From the NCBI GenBank assembly GCA_964647565.1, contig CAZYIM010000006.1, positions 25,045 through 89,044 of the forward strand: DNA of 64,000 bases, in the 5' to 3' direction. Shown piece after piece: positions 48,658 to 58,915 of this stretch; position 1 is the first letter of the stretch, and each line of letters starts with the position of its first letter. The DNA comes from an uncultured Methanosarcinales archaeon. Its GTDB lineage: Archaea; Nanobdellota; Nanobdellia; Woesearchaeales; CAZYIM01. The position numbers and the translations under genes were made by a program. The notes under the pieces were generated by a model. The model worked only from the letters and a program-made list of their open reading frames with translations. It was not told the origin of the DNA and searched no databases.

Positions 48658-48694
48658 GAAACTTTATAAATATTAATCATTTCTTAGTGGTGAA

Positions 48695-49594
48695 ATGAAG
48701 TGGATTAAACGGGCGACCACTACTGTCTTGGCAATAGCAGCTTTGCTATCAACATCATGCGCAGAAAAGGAACCTTCAGACTATTGGTTCCAAGTGGCCA
48801 AGAAGCATGAGAACAGAAGAGTTGAATTTGTAGAGAACGTAGAGAAATCTCTGGATGAAGATATGTATTATGATATAGATGTAATCTACGATCCGGATAA
48901 TGAGCAGTATAAAAAAGACTATTTTGAAATTTATAAAAATGATTATCCTGAGTTCAGCAAAGAAGAAGTGCAAAAATTCTACGAGGAAGGACTAGCTAAA
49001 TCAGAAATAATGTTCATGCACACACTCTGCTCTCCAAAGGCACTTGGGAAAAAAATTGAACCTCAAAAGATATATGTATCACCTAACAGTTTCGGATCTA
49101 ATTTTACTCTCCAGAATTTCTGGACAGTTATACAACATGAAATCGCCCATACCAAGGATCATTACGAAGGCATAGAACTTGTAACAGGTAAAATAGATTA
49201 TCAGAACGAACAGTATATCCAAAGCAAAACAATAACCAACCTTAAAGAGATCAAGGCATATTTCTTTAATATTGAGCAATTATTATCTCAAAATCCTTCA
49301 GATACTTCTTCAATTTTCTATGATGTATTAAATCGTTATGCAGACCATTACTATAATCTTGTAAAAGACCTAAAAAATGATGCTCAACTGGATTCTTCAG
49401 CATATTATGTTGCAGCAGCACAAGTCTATTTCGGAAAAAGAATAAAGCCTACAGCCAAACTTGCAAAAGGCTATGCCTTCGAGGTAGACAATGATTGGTT
49501 AATACAGCTAATTGATCCAGAAGGATATGCAAAGATTACAGATGAATTTGACAGCGGCGGCATCATAGTAAAACAACAGTGGAGGATTTATTGA
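48695..49594 (+). CDS. HExxH zincin-like lipoprotein, paralog 2
   Basis: Signal with STSC lipobox-like end; YDPD, QHEIAHTKD, EIKAY. Confidence 0.7.
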   Translation: MKWIKRATTTVLAIAALLSTSCAEKEPSDYWFQVAKKHENRRVEFVENVEKSLDEDMYYDIDVIYDPDNEQYKKDYFEIYKNDYPEFSKEEVQKFYEEGLAKSEIMFMHTLCSPKALGKKIEPQKIYVSPNSFGSNFTLQNFWTVIQHEIAHTKDHYEGIELVTGKIDYQNEQYIQSKTITNLKEIKAYFFNIEQLLSQNPSDTSSIFYDVLNRYADHYYNLVKDLKNDAQLDSSAYYVAAAQVYFGKRIKPTAKLAKGYAFEVDNDWLIQLIDPEGYAKITDEFDSGGIIVKQQWRIY

Positions 49595-49604
49595 TTAAAT
49601 AAAA

Positions 49605-50342
49605 ATGAAATGGGTAAAAAAAGCTGCAATAACTGCATTGACAATAGCCAGTGTTATGGCATCAGCACAATCTAAAGTACTGCCTCAAGATAAGAACAAC
49701 AAAGCTTTCCAGATAGCAGTTGAAGACAGCACAAAAAGAGAAATGTTTGTTGATCTATTCGATAGTATATTGACAAAAGGATATGGCTTTGAAATAGATG
49801 CAGTCTATGATCCTGACTTTAAGAAAATAAGAAAATATCAAAGGGACAAACTAAAAGAGGCTTTCCCCAATATGACTGAGACTTCCATTGACAGCAGCAT
49901 ATATGCTACACCGTTAAAAACTAATGAAGCAGCTACACCCACATTTTTATTTGAACTAGGAGATCATAAGGCCCAGAAGATATTCGTTAGCAGATATGCA
50001 TTTGAAAAACTACCATCTTATGCGGATTTTAAGGCTGTGATAAAACATGAAGGCCAGCACTGTGAAGATCTCTATCATGGCATAATAATAGGTAATGAAA
50101 TAATAACCAAGAAAAGTAGCTCTTATTTGAACATAAAAACACTTGTTGCTCTATTCGAGATCCGAGCACAAATGGCAACCATGGATCACATCAACGAACA
50201 CAGTCCAGAAGCCATATATGCTTACAAAAGATCCCATAAACAATATAACCTTCTCTCTTATCAACTAGCAATCACCGCATTGGACACAACCAATATCAAT
50301 GGACATGTTGCAAACAAGCAGCTTAATGAAATTGTGAAATAA
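49605..50342 (+). CDS. secreted HExxH zincin-like protein, paralog 3
   Basis: Signal peptide; YDPD, KHEGQHCED, EIRA. Confidence 0.7.
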   Translation: MKWVKKAAITALTIASVMASAQSKVLPQDKNNKAFQIAVEDSTKREMFVDLFDSILTKGYGFEIDAVYDPDFKKIRKYQRDKLKEAFPNMTETSIDSSIYATPLKTNEAATPTFLFELGDHKAQKIFVSRYAFEKLPSYADFKAVIKHEGQHCEDLYHGIIIGNEIITKKSSSYLNIKTLVALFEIRAQMATMDHINEHSPEAIYAYKRSHKQYNLLSYQLAITALDTTNINGHVANKQLNEIVK

Positions 50343-50361
50343 AAAGAGCTAATTAAATAAT

Positions 50362-51177
50362 ATGAAAAATTCCCTAAGAACTAAACTCGCATCATTAACC
50401 CTAGCAGCCTCATTAATTATTCCATCTCTAAACATCCTAAGCCAAACCAAACCAAACCAATCTTATTACAAACAGGCCCAGGATAATCCAAAACAAAGAA
50501 AAAAGTTTGTTGATCAATGGGATGAAAAAGCAAGCCAAAAAGCAGGATTCCCTATCGACTTCGAGTATGATCCTGACTTCACAACATATGATAGCATATA
50601 TACGATTCGAATAAAAAAAGCATATCCAGAAAAAAGCAGTGATGAAGTCAAAGAGATGCTATCTGAAGTACAACTGGCAACAAAAAACTTTTCTTTTTAT
50701 ACACCAGTCATCTCAGCAGAAATAGGAAAGAAAAAACCACAGTATGTTTTTGTAAAAGAAACTGCGTTCTTAGAAAGATTTCTCGTTGATTTTGAAGCTG
50801 CAACAGATCATGAGATTCAACACTGCAAAGACATTCGCGATGGGATTAAATTAGGAAAAATAGTGATTATAGATCATTCAATGATAGACAAATTTAATTA
50901 TGAAACCGCAGAGGCTTTGTTCGAATCAAGAGCATACCATAGTCAGTTAAAATTTTATCATCATAATCAACCTCTGAAGGAAAGCGGATACAACTCAACA
51001 GTCCGAAAATATGCACAGCATTACAACCTTCTTAAAAACCTTGCACAGAAAGATCCTACTTTCAGCAGTATGTTTGCAAGATTACAACTCCAACAATTAC
51101 AAGACATGATTCCGACAATCAAGCAGGATGGTTCAATTTATCTGGTCACTCCAGAAAAAAAGTTCTATATTCATTGA
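50362..51177 (+). CDS. secreted HExxH zincin-like protein, paralog 4
   Basis: Signal peptide; YDPD, DHEIQHCKD, ESRAY. Confidence 0.7.
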   Translation: MKNSLRTKLASLTLAASLIIPSLNILSQTKPNQSYYKQAQDNPKQRKKFVDQWDEKASQKAGFPIDFEYDPDFTTYDSIYTIRIKKAYPEKSSDEVKEMLSEVQLATKNFSFYTPVISAEIGKKKPQYVFVKETAFLERFLVDFEAATDHEIQHCKDIRDGIKLGKIVIIDHSMIDKFNYETAEALFESRAYHSQLKFYHHNQPLKESGYNSTVRKYAQHYNLLKNLAQKDPTFSSMFARLQLQQLQDMIPTIKQDGSIYLVTPEKKFYIH

Positions 51178-51258
51178 ATCTGATTCTAACGACCCTGGTC
51201 TGCTAAGAATCACCAAATCAGGAAAAGTTTAAATAAAACAATAGCATCCTATACAGTT

Positions 51259-51489
51259 ATGTTAAGAATCTACCATAGAAAGCTTCTATTGTCCCTGCTG
51301 GTCTTTCTTTTCATGTTTGCAGTGATAACCATAGCTGCACTGCTACATCTGAAAAAAGGAGTGGCTCTTTTGGGTACAGGCCTGGAAGCTGCAACTGAAA
51401 ACTGGATCATAATGGTGCTTTCGCTATTATCTCTAATTAAGGTAGTGCATGAGATCTGGAAATTAGAGCACCCTCATGAACTGGAATAA
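51259..51489 (+). CDS. small two-helix membrane protein
   Basis: Two hydrophobic segments; GAAAAGTTTAAATA promoter-like element upstream. Confidence 0.6.
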   Translation: MLRIYHRKLLLSLLVFLFMFAVITIAALLHLKKGVALLGTGLEAATENWIIMVLSLLSLIKVVHEIWKLEHPHELE

Positions 51490-51491
51490 AT

Positions 51492-51998
51492 CTAGCTAAC
51501 TGTCACCTTGCCATTAACAGGAGTCAGGATCAACTCATTAGTGTCATAATCAAGCACCTTGTAGCTGACAAAAGAGACAGCTGCTTCTCCCTGTGCTTTT
51601 GCTTTAAATTTAAGGATTGCCAAGGTTCCGCTGCCATCAATACCAGTCTTTTCCATCCTGACATTGGCAATCTTTCGTATAAATCCAAGCTCAGCGCTGC
51701 TAGGGGTTATCCAGAAAGTACTGGCTACACCTTCCTCATTTAAAAACGATCCTTCACTTATAGAAACAAACTCAAGAATAGCAGGATCATAGGATACGTC
51801 CATCTGGTAACCAAACGCATTAGTTACTTCCTGTAGGTCTATGTTGACCTCGACCTCTTCACCAACAGCTGCTGCGCCAGATGTAAGTTTTAAGGCTGGT
51901 CCAGCAACTTCAGGTTCTGGTTCAGGAATGTTGCATGCCGCAACTAAAACCAGCATTGTCAAAACAGCAAGTATCGTCAAACTTTTTCCAATTCTCAT
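51492..51998 (-). CDS. single-cohesin lipoprotein
   Basis: Lipobox LVAA-C, PEPEPE linker, cohesin pattern VGEEVEV.I...YDPAILEFVSISEG...GSGTLA.LKFKAK..G...GKVTV. Confidence 0.82.
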   Translation of the reverse strand: MRIGKSLTILAVLTMLVLVAACNIPEPEPEVAGPALKLTSGAAAVGEEVEVNIDLQEVTNAFGYQMDVSYDPAILEFVSISEGSFLNEEGVASTFWITPSSAELGFIRKIANVRMEKTGIDGSGTLAILKFKAKAQGEAAVSFVSYKVLDYDTNELILTPVNGKVTVS

Positions 51999-54625
51999 TT
52001 TTTAATTACCTCTTTTTTTATTTTTAGTTTTTTATCATCAGCTTTAAACTCTTTTTTAATATTCTTAAGGTCTTTTTCCATGCTAACAAAACCATCAACG
52101 CCAACATCTTTCATGCTATCGATCATCTGGTCCATCTCATCCAGCTTTTTGGGCGGCGGTGCAGGAGGTGCAGATGGCTTATAGGCCTTATCTTCTTTAT
52201 TCTGGGCTGAGATGTTCTTTCGCATCTTAGTAACCACCTGTTTATGTAGATTTTGATTCATCTGTGGTCCCTGCAGCCTCTTTTTCTGGTTCAAAGCAAA
52301 GGCTCCTTTGAATATCTCATTGATCACCTTATCATCCCAACCTTTGTCAACAAATGCCATTCTCAGAGTACTATAATTGCTGCCCTGCACCAGCATATCA
52401 GCCACATAATCCCTCAATCTGACCATATCACTTACAGAAGGCTCGACAGCTGCATCTTGAGTATGGAATCTGGAATATGCGAAGTATATTATTGCGCCTG
52501 CTATGACCAAACCAAGAAGGATCCAGATAATAGTATATGCTGTACCTCCGCCAACACTACCCTCACCTCCAGTAACTGTTCCAGGTTGCTGGACTGTCCC
52601 ATTGGTTTTAGGGATGTCACCAGGTCTTGGAGGCGGAACAGGTGGTGGCCCTCTACCATTACCCCCTGTCGTTGTTGTTGTCTGGCACATCTCATCAACA
52701 TCGCCGTCACAATCATTGTCAAGAGTATCACATGCAGTTTCAATCCTCTGATAATTTCCCCCATATGTAGTCTTATCGCATGCAGACCATCCAAGCATAC
52801 CATCACAGCTCTTTGTGGTTCCTGCACACACACCTTCTGTCAAAGGACACGCCATTGAAGAAGGGAAATTATCTGCACTGCCATCACAGTCATTATCCAG
52901 ACCATCACACTTACTCTCTTCAGTCTCATAATTAGGTCCATATGTTGCTACAGTACAGGCTGCCCAACTACCATTGACACAACTCTGGGTTGTGCCTGTA
53001 CAAACACCCTCAATCAGAGAGCATTTTTTAACCTCCAGGTTATTATCGACTGTACCATCGCAATCATCATCAAGATTGTTGCAAGTCTCATTACCAGGGA
53101 AAGTACCATTACATTCTGTCCAGTTACCATCGAGACAAGTCTGGACGCCCATCACACAAGTTCCTACATTGACACTGCAGTTCCTGGTTGTATTGTCCTG
53201 GCAGGAACAACCCTCATCCACAACGCCATCGCAATTATCGTCTACGGTATTGCAGAGTTCAGTAGCTCCAGTATAGATGTTAGGATTTGTATCATCACAG
53301 TCATCTGCATTCGGACAGCTGCCAGACATATTATATGTGTCGTTATCATCATCAAGGCATCCAGGTGAATTGATAACCAATGCCGCAGTTCCAGTAGTAA
53401 GTGGAAGATTTGAACCATTCAACATAATCAATTCGGCATTGGAGAAACTCAGAGTTGAGTTTCCTGCAGACTTAGGTGTGAATGTGAATGTAGCAAATTT
53501 GCCAGAACCATTGACTCCGCTGTCATAAGATCTTGTACAGTTGATGTTCTTGACAATCCCAGGAGTTGAATTATCTAATGGCTGACAGTTCATTTGGACT
53601 GTACCCTTGGGAAATGGTCCGATAACAAAGGTTTTGAAAGTTAATTTAGTACCATAGTTCAAATCAAAGATGACAGTCTTAAGATTAGTTGCATTGGTTA
53701 TCATGACATCAAAATTGATGTCTGCTAAAGAATAATTTTTTACGAGTTGATCAGGATTAAATGAAAGTCTTGCTGTTTGCAACGGAACAGTTGCAGTTGG
53801 GGCAAGGGTTGTAAAAGTTTGATCCGAAGATAGTTTGCTTGTGCCTGACGCTGTTGTTGCATTGATACGATAATGATATGTTGTATTCGAAGCAAGTCCG
53901 TTGAGAGTGATACTATGATCTGTCAGCATACTGCTATCGATTTTGTTGGATCCATAATTCGTGTCAATACCATATTCTAAAATAGTGCTTGTAGAAACAT
54001 TGGTCTTCCATGTTATCACAGATGAATTCTTAGTAATCTGAGTTGCTGCTATATCAGTAATAGAAAATGTTTCAGGAGCAGTGGTTCTAATAGTAATGGT
54101 AGCATTGACCAATACAGGGTTAATCGAGTTGGTATCATTATCAGTGATCACACTATCATTGGTGAATCCTAAAACAGTTGTGCTCTCTTTTAAGGTCTTA
54201 AAAGTAAGTTTTCCAAAAACTCCGCTGCCAGTCACCAGATCGGTTGGCAGAGCAATAAACAACCTCTGGTCATCCCAGTACTGGTTCAGCATCGAAGGCT
54301 GGACAAATTCACCCATATCAGGCCTGACGAACTCTAAAGACGTGTTATCATAATCAATAACAGCTATTATGGACTTGGCATCAGCAACATTCTCAACTTT
54401 CAACTCAACCTCAAATGTTTCGCCTACAAGCTTATCAATTTGTGAAGGTACAAAGGACATCTTCTCGGTACCTGTAGCAGCCATACCTCCAATACTATCC
54501 TGCTGTGGAAACATGTAAAAATAACCTACCAGCATGACAAGAGCAAGAAGAGATATGGCCAAAGAAGTCTTTAAATGGGAATGGAAACTAGAATTATCTC
54601 TATTTGAAGGTTTTTTCCCTTTCAT
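51995..54625 (-). CDS. membrane-anchored scaffoldin-like protein: cohesin - FN3 - cohesin - Cys/Asp repeats - Pro linker - TM - tail
   Basis: Cohesin patterns at aa ~55-180 and ~285-419 (GSG.F..LTF/FTF); FN3 aa ~185-273 (ITWKTN...LNGLASNTTYHYRI); ExCxxxDxDCDGxxD repeats; TM AYTIIWILLGLVIAGAIIYFAY. Confidence 0.82.
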   Translation of the reverse strand: MKGKKPSNRDNSSFHSHLKTSLAISLLALVMLVGYFYMFPQQDSIGGMAATGTEKMSFVPSQIDKLVGETFEVELKVENVADAKSIIAVIDYDNTSLEFVRPDMGEFVQPSMLNQYWDDQRLFIALPTDLVTGSGVFGKLTFKTLKESTTVLGFTNDSVITDNDTNSINPVLVNATITIRTTAPETFSITDIAATQITKNSSVITWKTNVSTSTILEYGIDTNYGSNKIDSSMLTDHSITLNGLASNTTYHYRINATTASGTSKLSSDQTFTTLAPTATVPLQTARLSFNPDQLVKNYSLADINFDVMITNATNLKTVIFDLNYGTKLTFKTFVIGPFPKGTVQMNCQPLDNSTPGIVKNINCTRSYDSGVNGSGKFATFTFTPKSAGNSTLSFSNAELIMLNGSNLPLTTGTAALVINSPGCLDDDNDTYNMSGSCPNADDCDDTNPNIYTGATELCNTVDDNCDGVVDEGCSCQDNTTRNCSVNVGTCVMGVQTCLDGNWTECNGTFPGNETCNNLDDDCDGTVDNNLEVKKCSLIEGVCTGTTQSCVNGSWAACTVATYGPNYETEESKCDGLDNDCDGSADNFPSSMACPLTEGVCAGTTKSCDGMLGWSACDKTTYGGNYQRIETACDTLDNDCDGDVDEMCQTTTTTGGNGRGPPPVPPPRPGDIPKTNGTVQQPGTVTGGEGSVGGGTAYTIIWILLGLVIAGAIIYFAYSRFHTQDAAVEPSVSDMVRLRDYVADMLVQGSNYSTLRMAFVDKGWDDKVINEIFKGAFALNQKKRLQGPQMNQNLHKQVVTKMRKNISAQNKEDKAYKPSAPPAPPPKKLDEMDQMIDSMKDVGVDGFVSMEKDLKNIKKEFKADDKKLKIKKEVIKK

Positions 54626-54701
54626 TCTACTAACACTACCTTACTATCCTCTCCGACATTAGGATATATAAAGTTTTCCCAATTTTTAGCTTGAAATTGT
54701 C

Positions 54702-57224
54702 TCAAAGATGGTTGATTATCACCAACAGATCATGCACATCCACTACGCCATCATCATTGATATCATGTGTTTTTCCACTAATATCCCTGATTACCAGTAT
54801 CAGGTCAGAGATATCAACTGAGCCATCTTTGTTTACATCAGCTTTATTGGGCGGATTATTTGATTGGTTATTTAGAGGATTTGTTTGAATATTTTTAAAG
54901 CAGCTGTTACAATTCTGGACATGCAATGTTGTAGGATTGATAACATCCTCTGCCATTCCATTGTATCCAATCCTTGCTTTACTTATCGCGTAGCTCCCAT
55001 CATTTGTTCTAGTAGCAGTCAACTCGAAGGTCCTGTAGGGTCTGAGCCTCACATGGAGTGTTTTTCCGTCAGCAGACAAGCTGAACAGGTCATTCCCTTT
55101 TCCTGCAGAACTCTTGCTCAGTTTATATGGTATATTTATTTGATAAGCATGATAAGTGGCCTTATTGGCAGGGACATCATAATCAACCTTAGGAGATACT
55201 GGCGGCCAGCCAATAGTAAAATTAGCTAAGGATTCAAGATGAGGATTATGGACTGATAAACTGAATCTGTCATCACATGAACGATACAAGACATATACAG
55301 GAAGGTTTGAGCCAATCAATTGATGGTTGAAAGGTTCAAAAAAAGCAGCTCCTACCAAACATTGCGTAGTCTCCCTAACAATATGCGCTGTTTTATCATG
55401 CTTTATGATATCAATATCAGGATCAGCAGCATAACTCTGGGTTGCAGCGGAGTTTGCTGCAGGCAGGTATATCACTGCAAACTTACTATCAACAGGTTTA
55501 ATCCCATGATCAAGATAGTATCTGCGATGAGGAATCCTCTTATTGGTAGGGATGTCAGCTATGTTGTCATCGACCTTCTCTGCATTTACACTTAAGGATT
55601 CAGGAAATACAATCCCTGTTTCATCATGATGCAACCAGTCCAGTATTCCAAGATTCCCTTCGAAATCAATTGACTTTTGACCTCTTGAAGTACTCAGAGA
55701 GTTAACTTGCTCTTCAAAGGTATCCAGCCAAGTCAGCATCCTTTTATCGTTCGCATCTGTCGAAGTTATTCCACTGGCCAGGGCTACGATCTCATCATCT
55801 AAGAAGAACCAGGATTTTCTCATCTTGATGCTCTTGCCCTGTAGATTCTCAGCAGCAATCCCGTAATAACCCTCTAAAGTGCTTTGGCCATAGAAGTCCC
55901 AGCCCCCTGATTTGACTATATAACACCCATAACTACCCCATTCCTGCTTGCCAGGAGTGTGTATCTTATCCTCACAATTCTCTGCAAAGGTCACGCTTTT
56001 CAGCAGTACAGAAGGATAGTATTTGATGGCGTCTGTTCTCATCATCTCAGGATGGTTTGCAGTGACAAAATTGATGTTTCCAAAGATCGACTTAAATGAA
56101 GAGAACTCCTCTGCAGGCTTTCCAACGTTGGCCATCCTAACACTTGCAAAATAGTTTGGTCTTCTTACGAGAAGATAGTTTGCCACGGGATAAGCCATCG
56201 CACCCACAAGATTCTGGTTTTTGTCAATCAATTTCTTCATTTCAGGATGCAGAGGTTTCAGTTCAGAATAATCAGTTTCAAGAATGGCATTAAGGCCTCG
56301 TGTTAGATATGAAAAACAATTTCTGGGTTTCTTTGTGTCAGGATAAGGATCTGTGTACCCTTTGAAAGCCAGCCACCTCAAAAAATTAGTATACCAAGCT
56401 CCAAACAACTCAATGGCAGTCCTTTGCTGCGGATCATCAGGGGTGCTCCTGGCCACTAAAGACAAACTGGTGCCTTCTGTTATCCTCAGATAGTATCCAA
56501 AATCCCTGACACCAGACGCCCCGTAATGAAAGTTGGGCATCATGCCATGCTCAAAGAAACTCCAGTCTTTCTGTATATTTCCATAGCTCAAGCCTTCATC
56601 AATTGTTACAATCTGTTTATTGGCACGACTTGCTATCTCAGCTGATTTCTCCAAAAGGGCATCATCATCAAAATATAATCCATTTATCAGTTTAGCAAAG
56701 GTTGGGGACATCACATTGTGGCCTCCATATTTGGAATATAGAGAGGAACCAGCATTTCTTTCAAGAAATTGCTCTACTTTATCTCTTGATTTAGAAGATA
56801 TTGCATTCATATCGTAGGATTTCAGTTTAAGAAGAGCTTTTCCAAGGTTTTGAGGAAGGCCATAGTATTTTGAGTACCAATCCATACTTATGCAGTCATC
56901 AGAATACTCTACTGCCTGATCCAGCCTCTGGTTAACTGCACTAGATCCATAACCACAGCCTATTGCATAGATCAACTCAGCAGCTCTGTACCATTCTTCA
57001 GGAATTGCATCCTTTTTGTTGCAGTTTTGACCTTGACCAACAGGCATGTTGATAAGTTCATTGGCCCTTAATTGCAATTTGTTTGAGCAATCAAGATGGT
57101 AATCGATATATCTCTGTCTTATAGTGGCCTTGTCAGGGGAGCTGATTGAAATGACCTGCACACTAACCAGGGCTATGATCATTAACATGATGAAAAAGCC
57201 CCTGGAATAATTGTGAATCTTCAT
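54702..57224 (-). CDS. secreted polysaccharide lyase family 8 with C-terminal dockerin
   Basis: Signal peptide; IQKDWSFFEHG...HYG (His/Tyr region), KSWFFLDDEIVALASGI; DVNKDGSVDISDL...DINDDGVVDVHDL. Confidence 0.82.
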   Translation of the reverse strand: MKIHNYSRGFFIMLMIIALVSVQVISISSPDKATIRQRYIDYHLDCSNKLQLRANELINMPVGQGQNCNKKDAIPEEWYRAAELIYAIGCGYGSSAVNQRLDQAVEYSDDCISMDWYSKYYGLPQNLGKALLKLKSYDMNAISSKSRDKVEQFLERNAGSSLYSKYGGHNVMSPTFAKLINGLYFDDDALLEKSAEIASRANKQIVTIDEGLSYGNIQKDWSFFEHGMMPNFHYGASGVRDFGYYLRITEGTSLSLVARSTPDDPQQRTAIELFGAWYTNFLRWLAFKGYTDPYPDTKKPRNCFSYLTRGLNAILETDYSELKPLHPEMKKLIDKNQNLVGAMAYPVANYLLVRRPNYFASVRMANVGKPAEEFSSFKSIFGNINFVTANHPEMMRTDAIKYYPSVLLKSVTFAENCEDKIHTPGKQEWGSYGCYIVKSGGWDFYGQSTLEGYYGIAAENLQGKSIKMRKSWFFLDDEIVALASGITSTDANDKRMLTWLDTFEEQVNSLSTSRGQKSIDFEGNLGILDWLHHDETGIVFPESLSVNAEKVDDNIADIPTNKRIPHRRYYLDHGIKPVDSKFAVIYLPAANSAATQSYAADPDIDIIKHDKTAHIVRETTQCLVGAAFFEPFNHQLIGSNLPVYVLYRSCDDRFSLSVHNPHLESLANFTIGWPPVSPKVDYDVPANKATYHAYQINIPYKLSKSSAGKGNDLFSLSADGKTLHVRLRPYRTFELTATRTNDGSYAISKARIGYNGMAEDVINPTTLHVQNCNSCFKNIQTNPLNNQSNNPPNKADVNKDGSVDISDLILVIRDISGKTHDINDDGVVDVHDLLVIINHL

Positions 57225-57252
57225 TGTTTTCTCAGTTATAATTCAGACAGTC

Positions 57253-58914
57253 TTAAATAAATTTGATTATTTTAAGAAGGTCCTGCACATCTACATTGCC
57301 ATCCCCAGTAAGATCGTACTGCGTTGTTCCAAAAGACCTTATCAGTAAGATAAGATCAATAATGTCAACAATACCATCATTGTTGATATCTTCAGGAAGC
57401 TGCACAGAAGAACCATCATACACCCCATCCAAGGTCTTCCATAATCCGCCAGTACATTCATTGCCATTGTCTTCCCATGTTACAGAGATTCCAAGTTCAT
57501 CACACACTCTGTCTTCCATGGGCCATGGCCAGAGTCTCTGATTGGTCTTTACTCCATCTATATACATATATCTTAGGTCAGCACCAAGATATGTACCGTC
57601 CCCGCCGTTCATCCGATCTCCTTCAGGGAACATATACGCCCCCTTACCCCATTTGGCTGTGTTAAAAGAAGGATCTTTCATCTGCTCATTAGAATTTAGA
57701 GTGAAAGCATTGCCATACATATCAACACCAAGACTGCCAATATTCCAGTACTGGTTATAATCATGTTCCACAGTTTTGGGTTTGCCTTTCCATCTAAGCG
57801 CATAAACTTCTTCTCCAATGTCTGCAAAGATTGAATTGGTAAAGGTTGTTTTCAAGCTGAATCCGGGTTCATAACCATCAGCATACTTATCTTTGCAGTT
57901 GTATATCCATTCGTGGCCCGGAGGGCCACTCTCAGACATGTAGAAAGCAGGAGTTTCTTCACCATTGCCTACTGCAGTCATGTGATTAACTACCATAGAG
58001 CTGTCGCCCCTGTTTAAGTGTTGATACTTGTTATTCAATGATACAATATCTACAAACTGATTGTTCTCAGAGGCTTTGCATGTTCCAGAATCAAAGAAGC
58101 CATAATGGTGTCCGACATCAAATGTCATGCTTCCAAGTATTTTATTATTACTGCCTACCATTGTGTTGTATTCATGGTTCCATATTCCTATACCCTCCAA
58201 TGCTATATAATAACTCGGATCCCTGGTAGCTATCACATTCTCCACAATGCTGTCAGGGGTTCCGTACAACTGCAACACAATCCCATATATACCGTTACTG
58301 CCTTCATAAGGATGGTCCTGCCAATAGCCAAACATTCTTCGAATAGTCACTCTCTTGCTGCCCAGGGCACTCATCTGGGTCCGGGCTCTTCCGCCTGCAA
58401 TAAGATCTTCATAAAGTATATCCTCAGAGTTCCATGCGAGGAAATTATGGCAGTTGCAGTCTCCATCCTTAGTGTCATAAGAAGACACTTTCTTCACCTC
58501 TACAAACTGCGATTCAATTACAGAAACAACACCTTCTACAGAATTCCTGCAGACCAATCCTTCAAGATGAATATAGCTGCAGTTCCTGATATAGCAAGGC
58601 CTTAACCTAAACTCAGCATCAATCGTTACTTTGCCATCATTAAGGGCTTTTATTGTTATTGGTTTGTCCTGAGCTCCATTTTTATGTCTGATCTCGACCA
58701 TCGAATCCACATTCTTATAGGTGCCATCCAAAAGATAAAGAGTATCCCCAGGCGTTGCAAGGGATATGAAATCAGTCACCTTAAACGGGCTGGACTCTGA
58801 ACTTCCGTCACCAGCACCTGAAGGTGATGCATAGTAACTAACTGCAGAGGCTGCAACAGAACTGATTATAAAAACTATCAAGACAATTAAGCTAATCATA
58901 ATGTTATTTTTCAT
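57253..58914 (-). CDS. secreted right-handed beta-helix protein (pectin-lyase-like fold) with C-terminal dockerin
   Basis: YYASPSG.GDGS...PF...PGDTLYLLDGTY; Asn-rich coils; DINNDGIVDIIDL...DLTGDGNVDVQDL. Confidence 0.78.
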   Translation of the reverse strand: MKNNIMISLIVLIVFIISSVAASAVSYYASPSGAGDGSSESSPFKVTDFISLATPGDTLYLLDGTYKNVDSMVEIRHKNGAQDKPITIKALNDGKVTIDAEFRLRPCYIRNCSYIHLEGLVCRNSVEGVVSVIESQFVEVKKVSSYDTKDGDCNCHNFLAWNSEDILYEDLIAGGRARTQMSALGSKRVTIRRMFGYWQDHPYEGSNGIYGIVLQLYGTPDSIVENVIATRDPSYYIALEGIGIWNHEYNTMVGSNNKILGSMTFDVGHHYGFFDSGTCKASENNQFVDIVSLNNKYQHLNRGDSSMVVNHMTAVGNGEETPAFYMSESGPPGHEWIYNCKDKYADGYEPGFSLKTTFTNSIFADIGEEVYALRWKGKPKTVEHDYNQYWNIGSLGVDMYGNAFTLNSNEQMKDPSFNTAKWGKGAYMFPEGDRMNGGDGTYLGADLRYMYIDGVKTNQRLWPWPMEDRVCDELGISVTWEDNGNECTGGLWKTLDGVYDGSSVQLPEDINNDGIVDIIDLILLIRSFGTTQYDLTGDGNVDVQDLLKIIKFI

Positions 58915-58915
58915 T

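Noticed and set aside
51181..51212. Small hairpin TGATTCT...AGAATCA after the HExxH array
   Set aside because: Single short imperfect stem without a U-tract or second copy.
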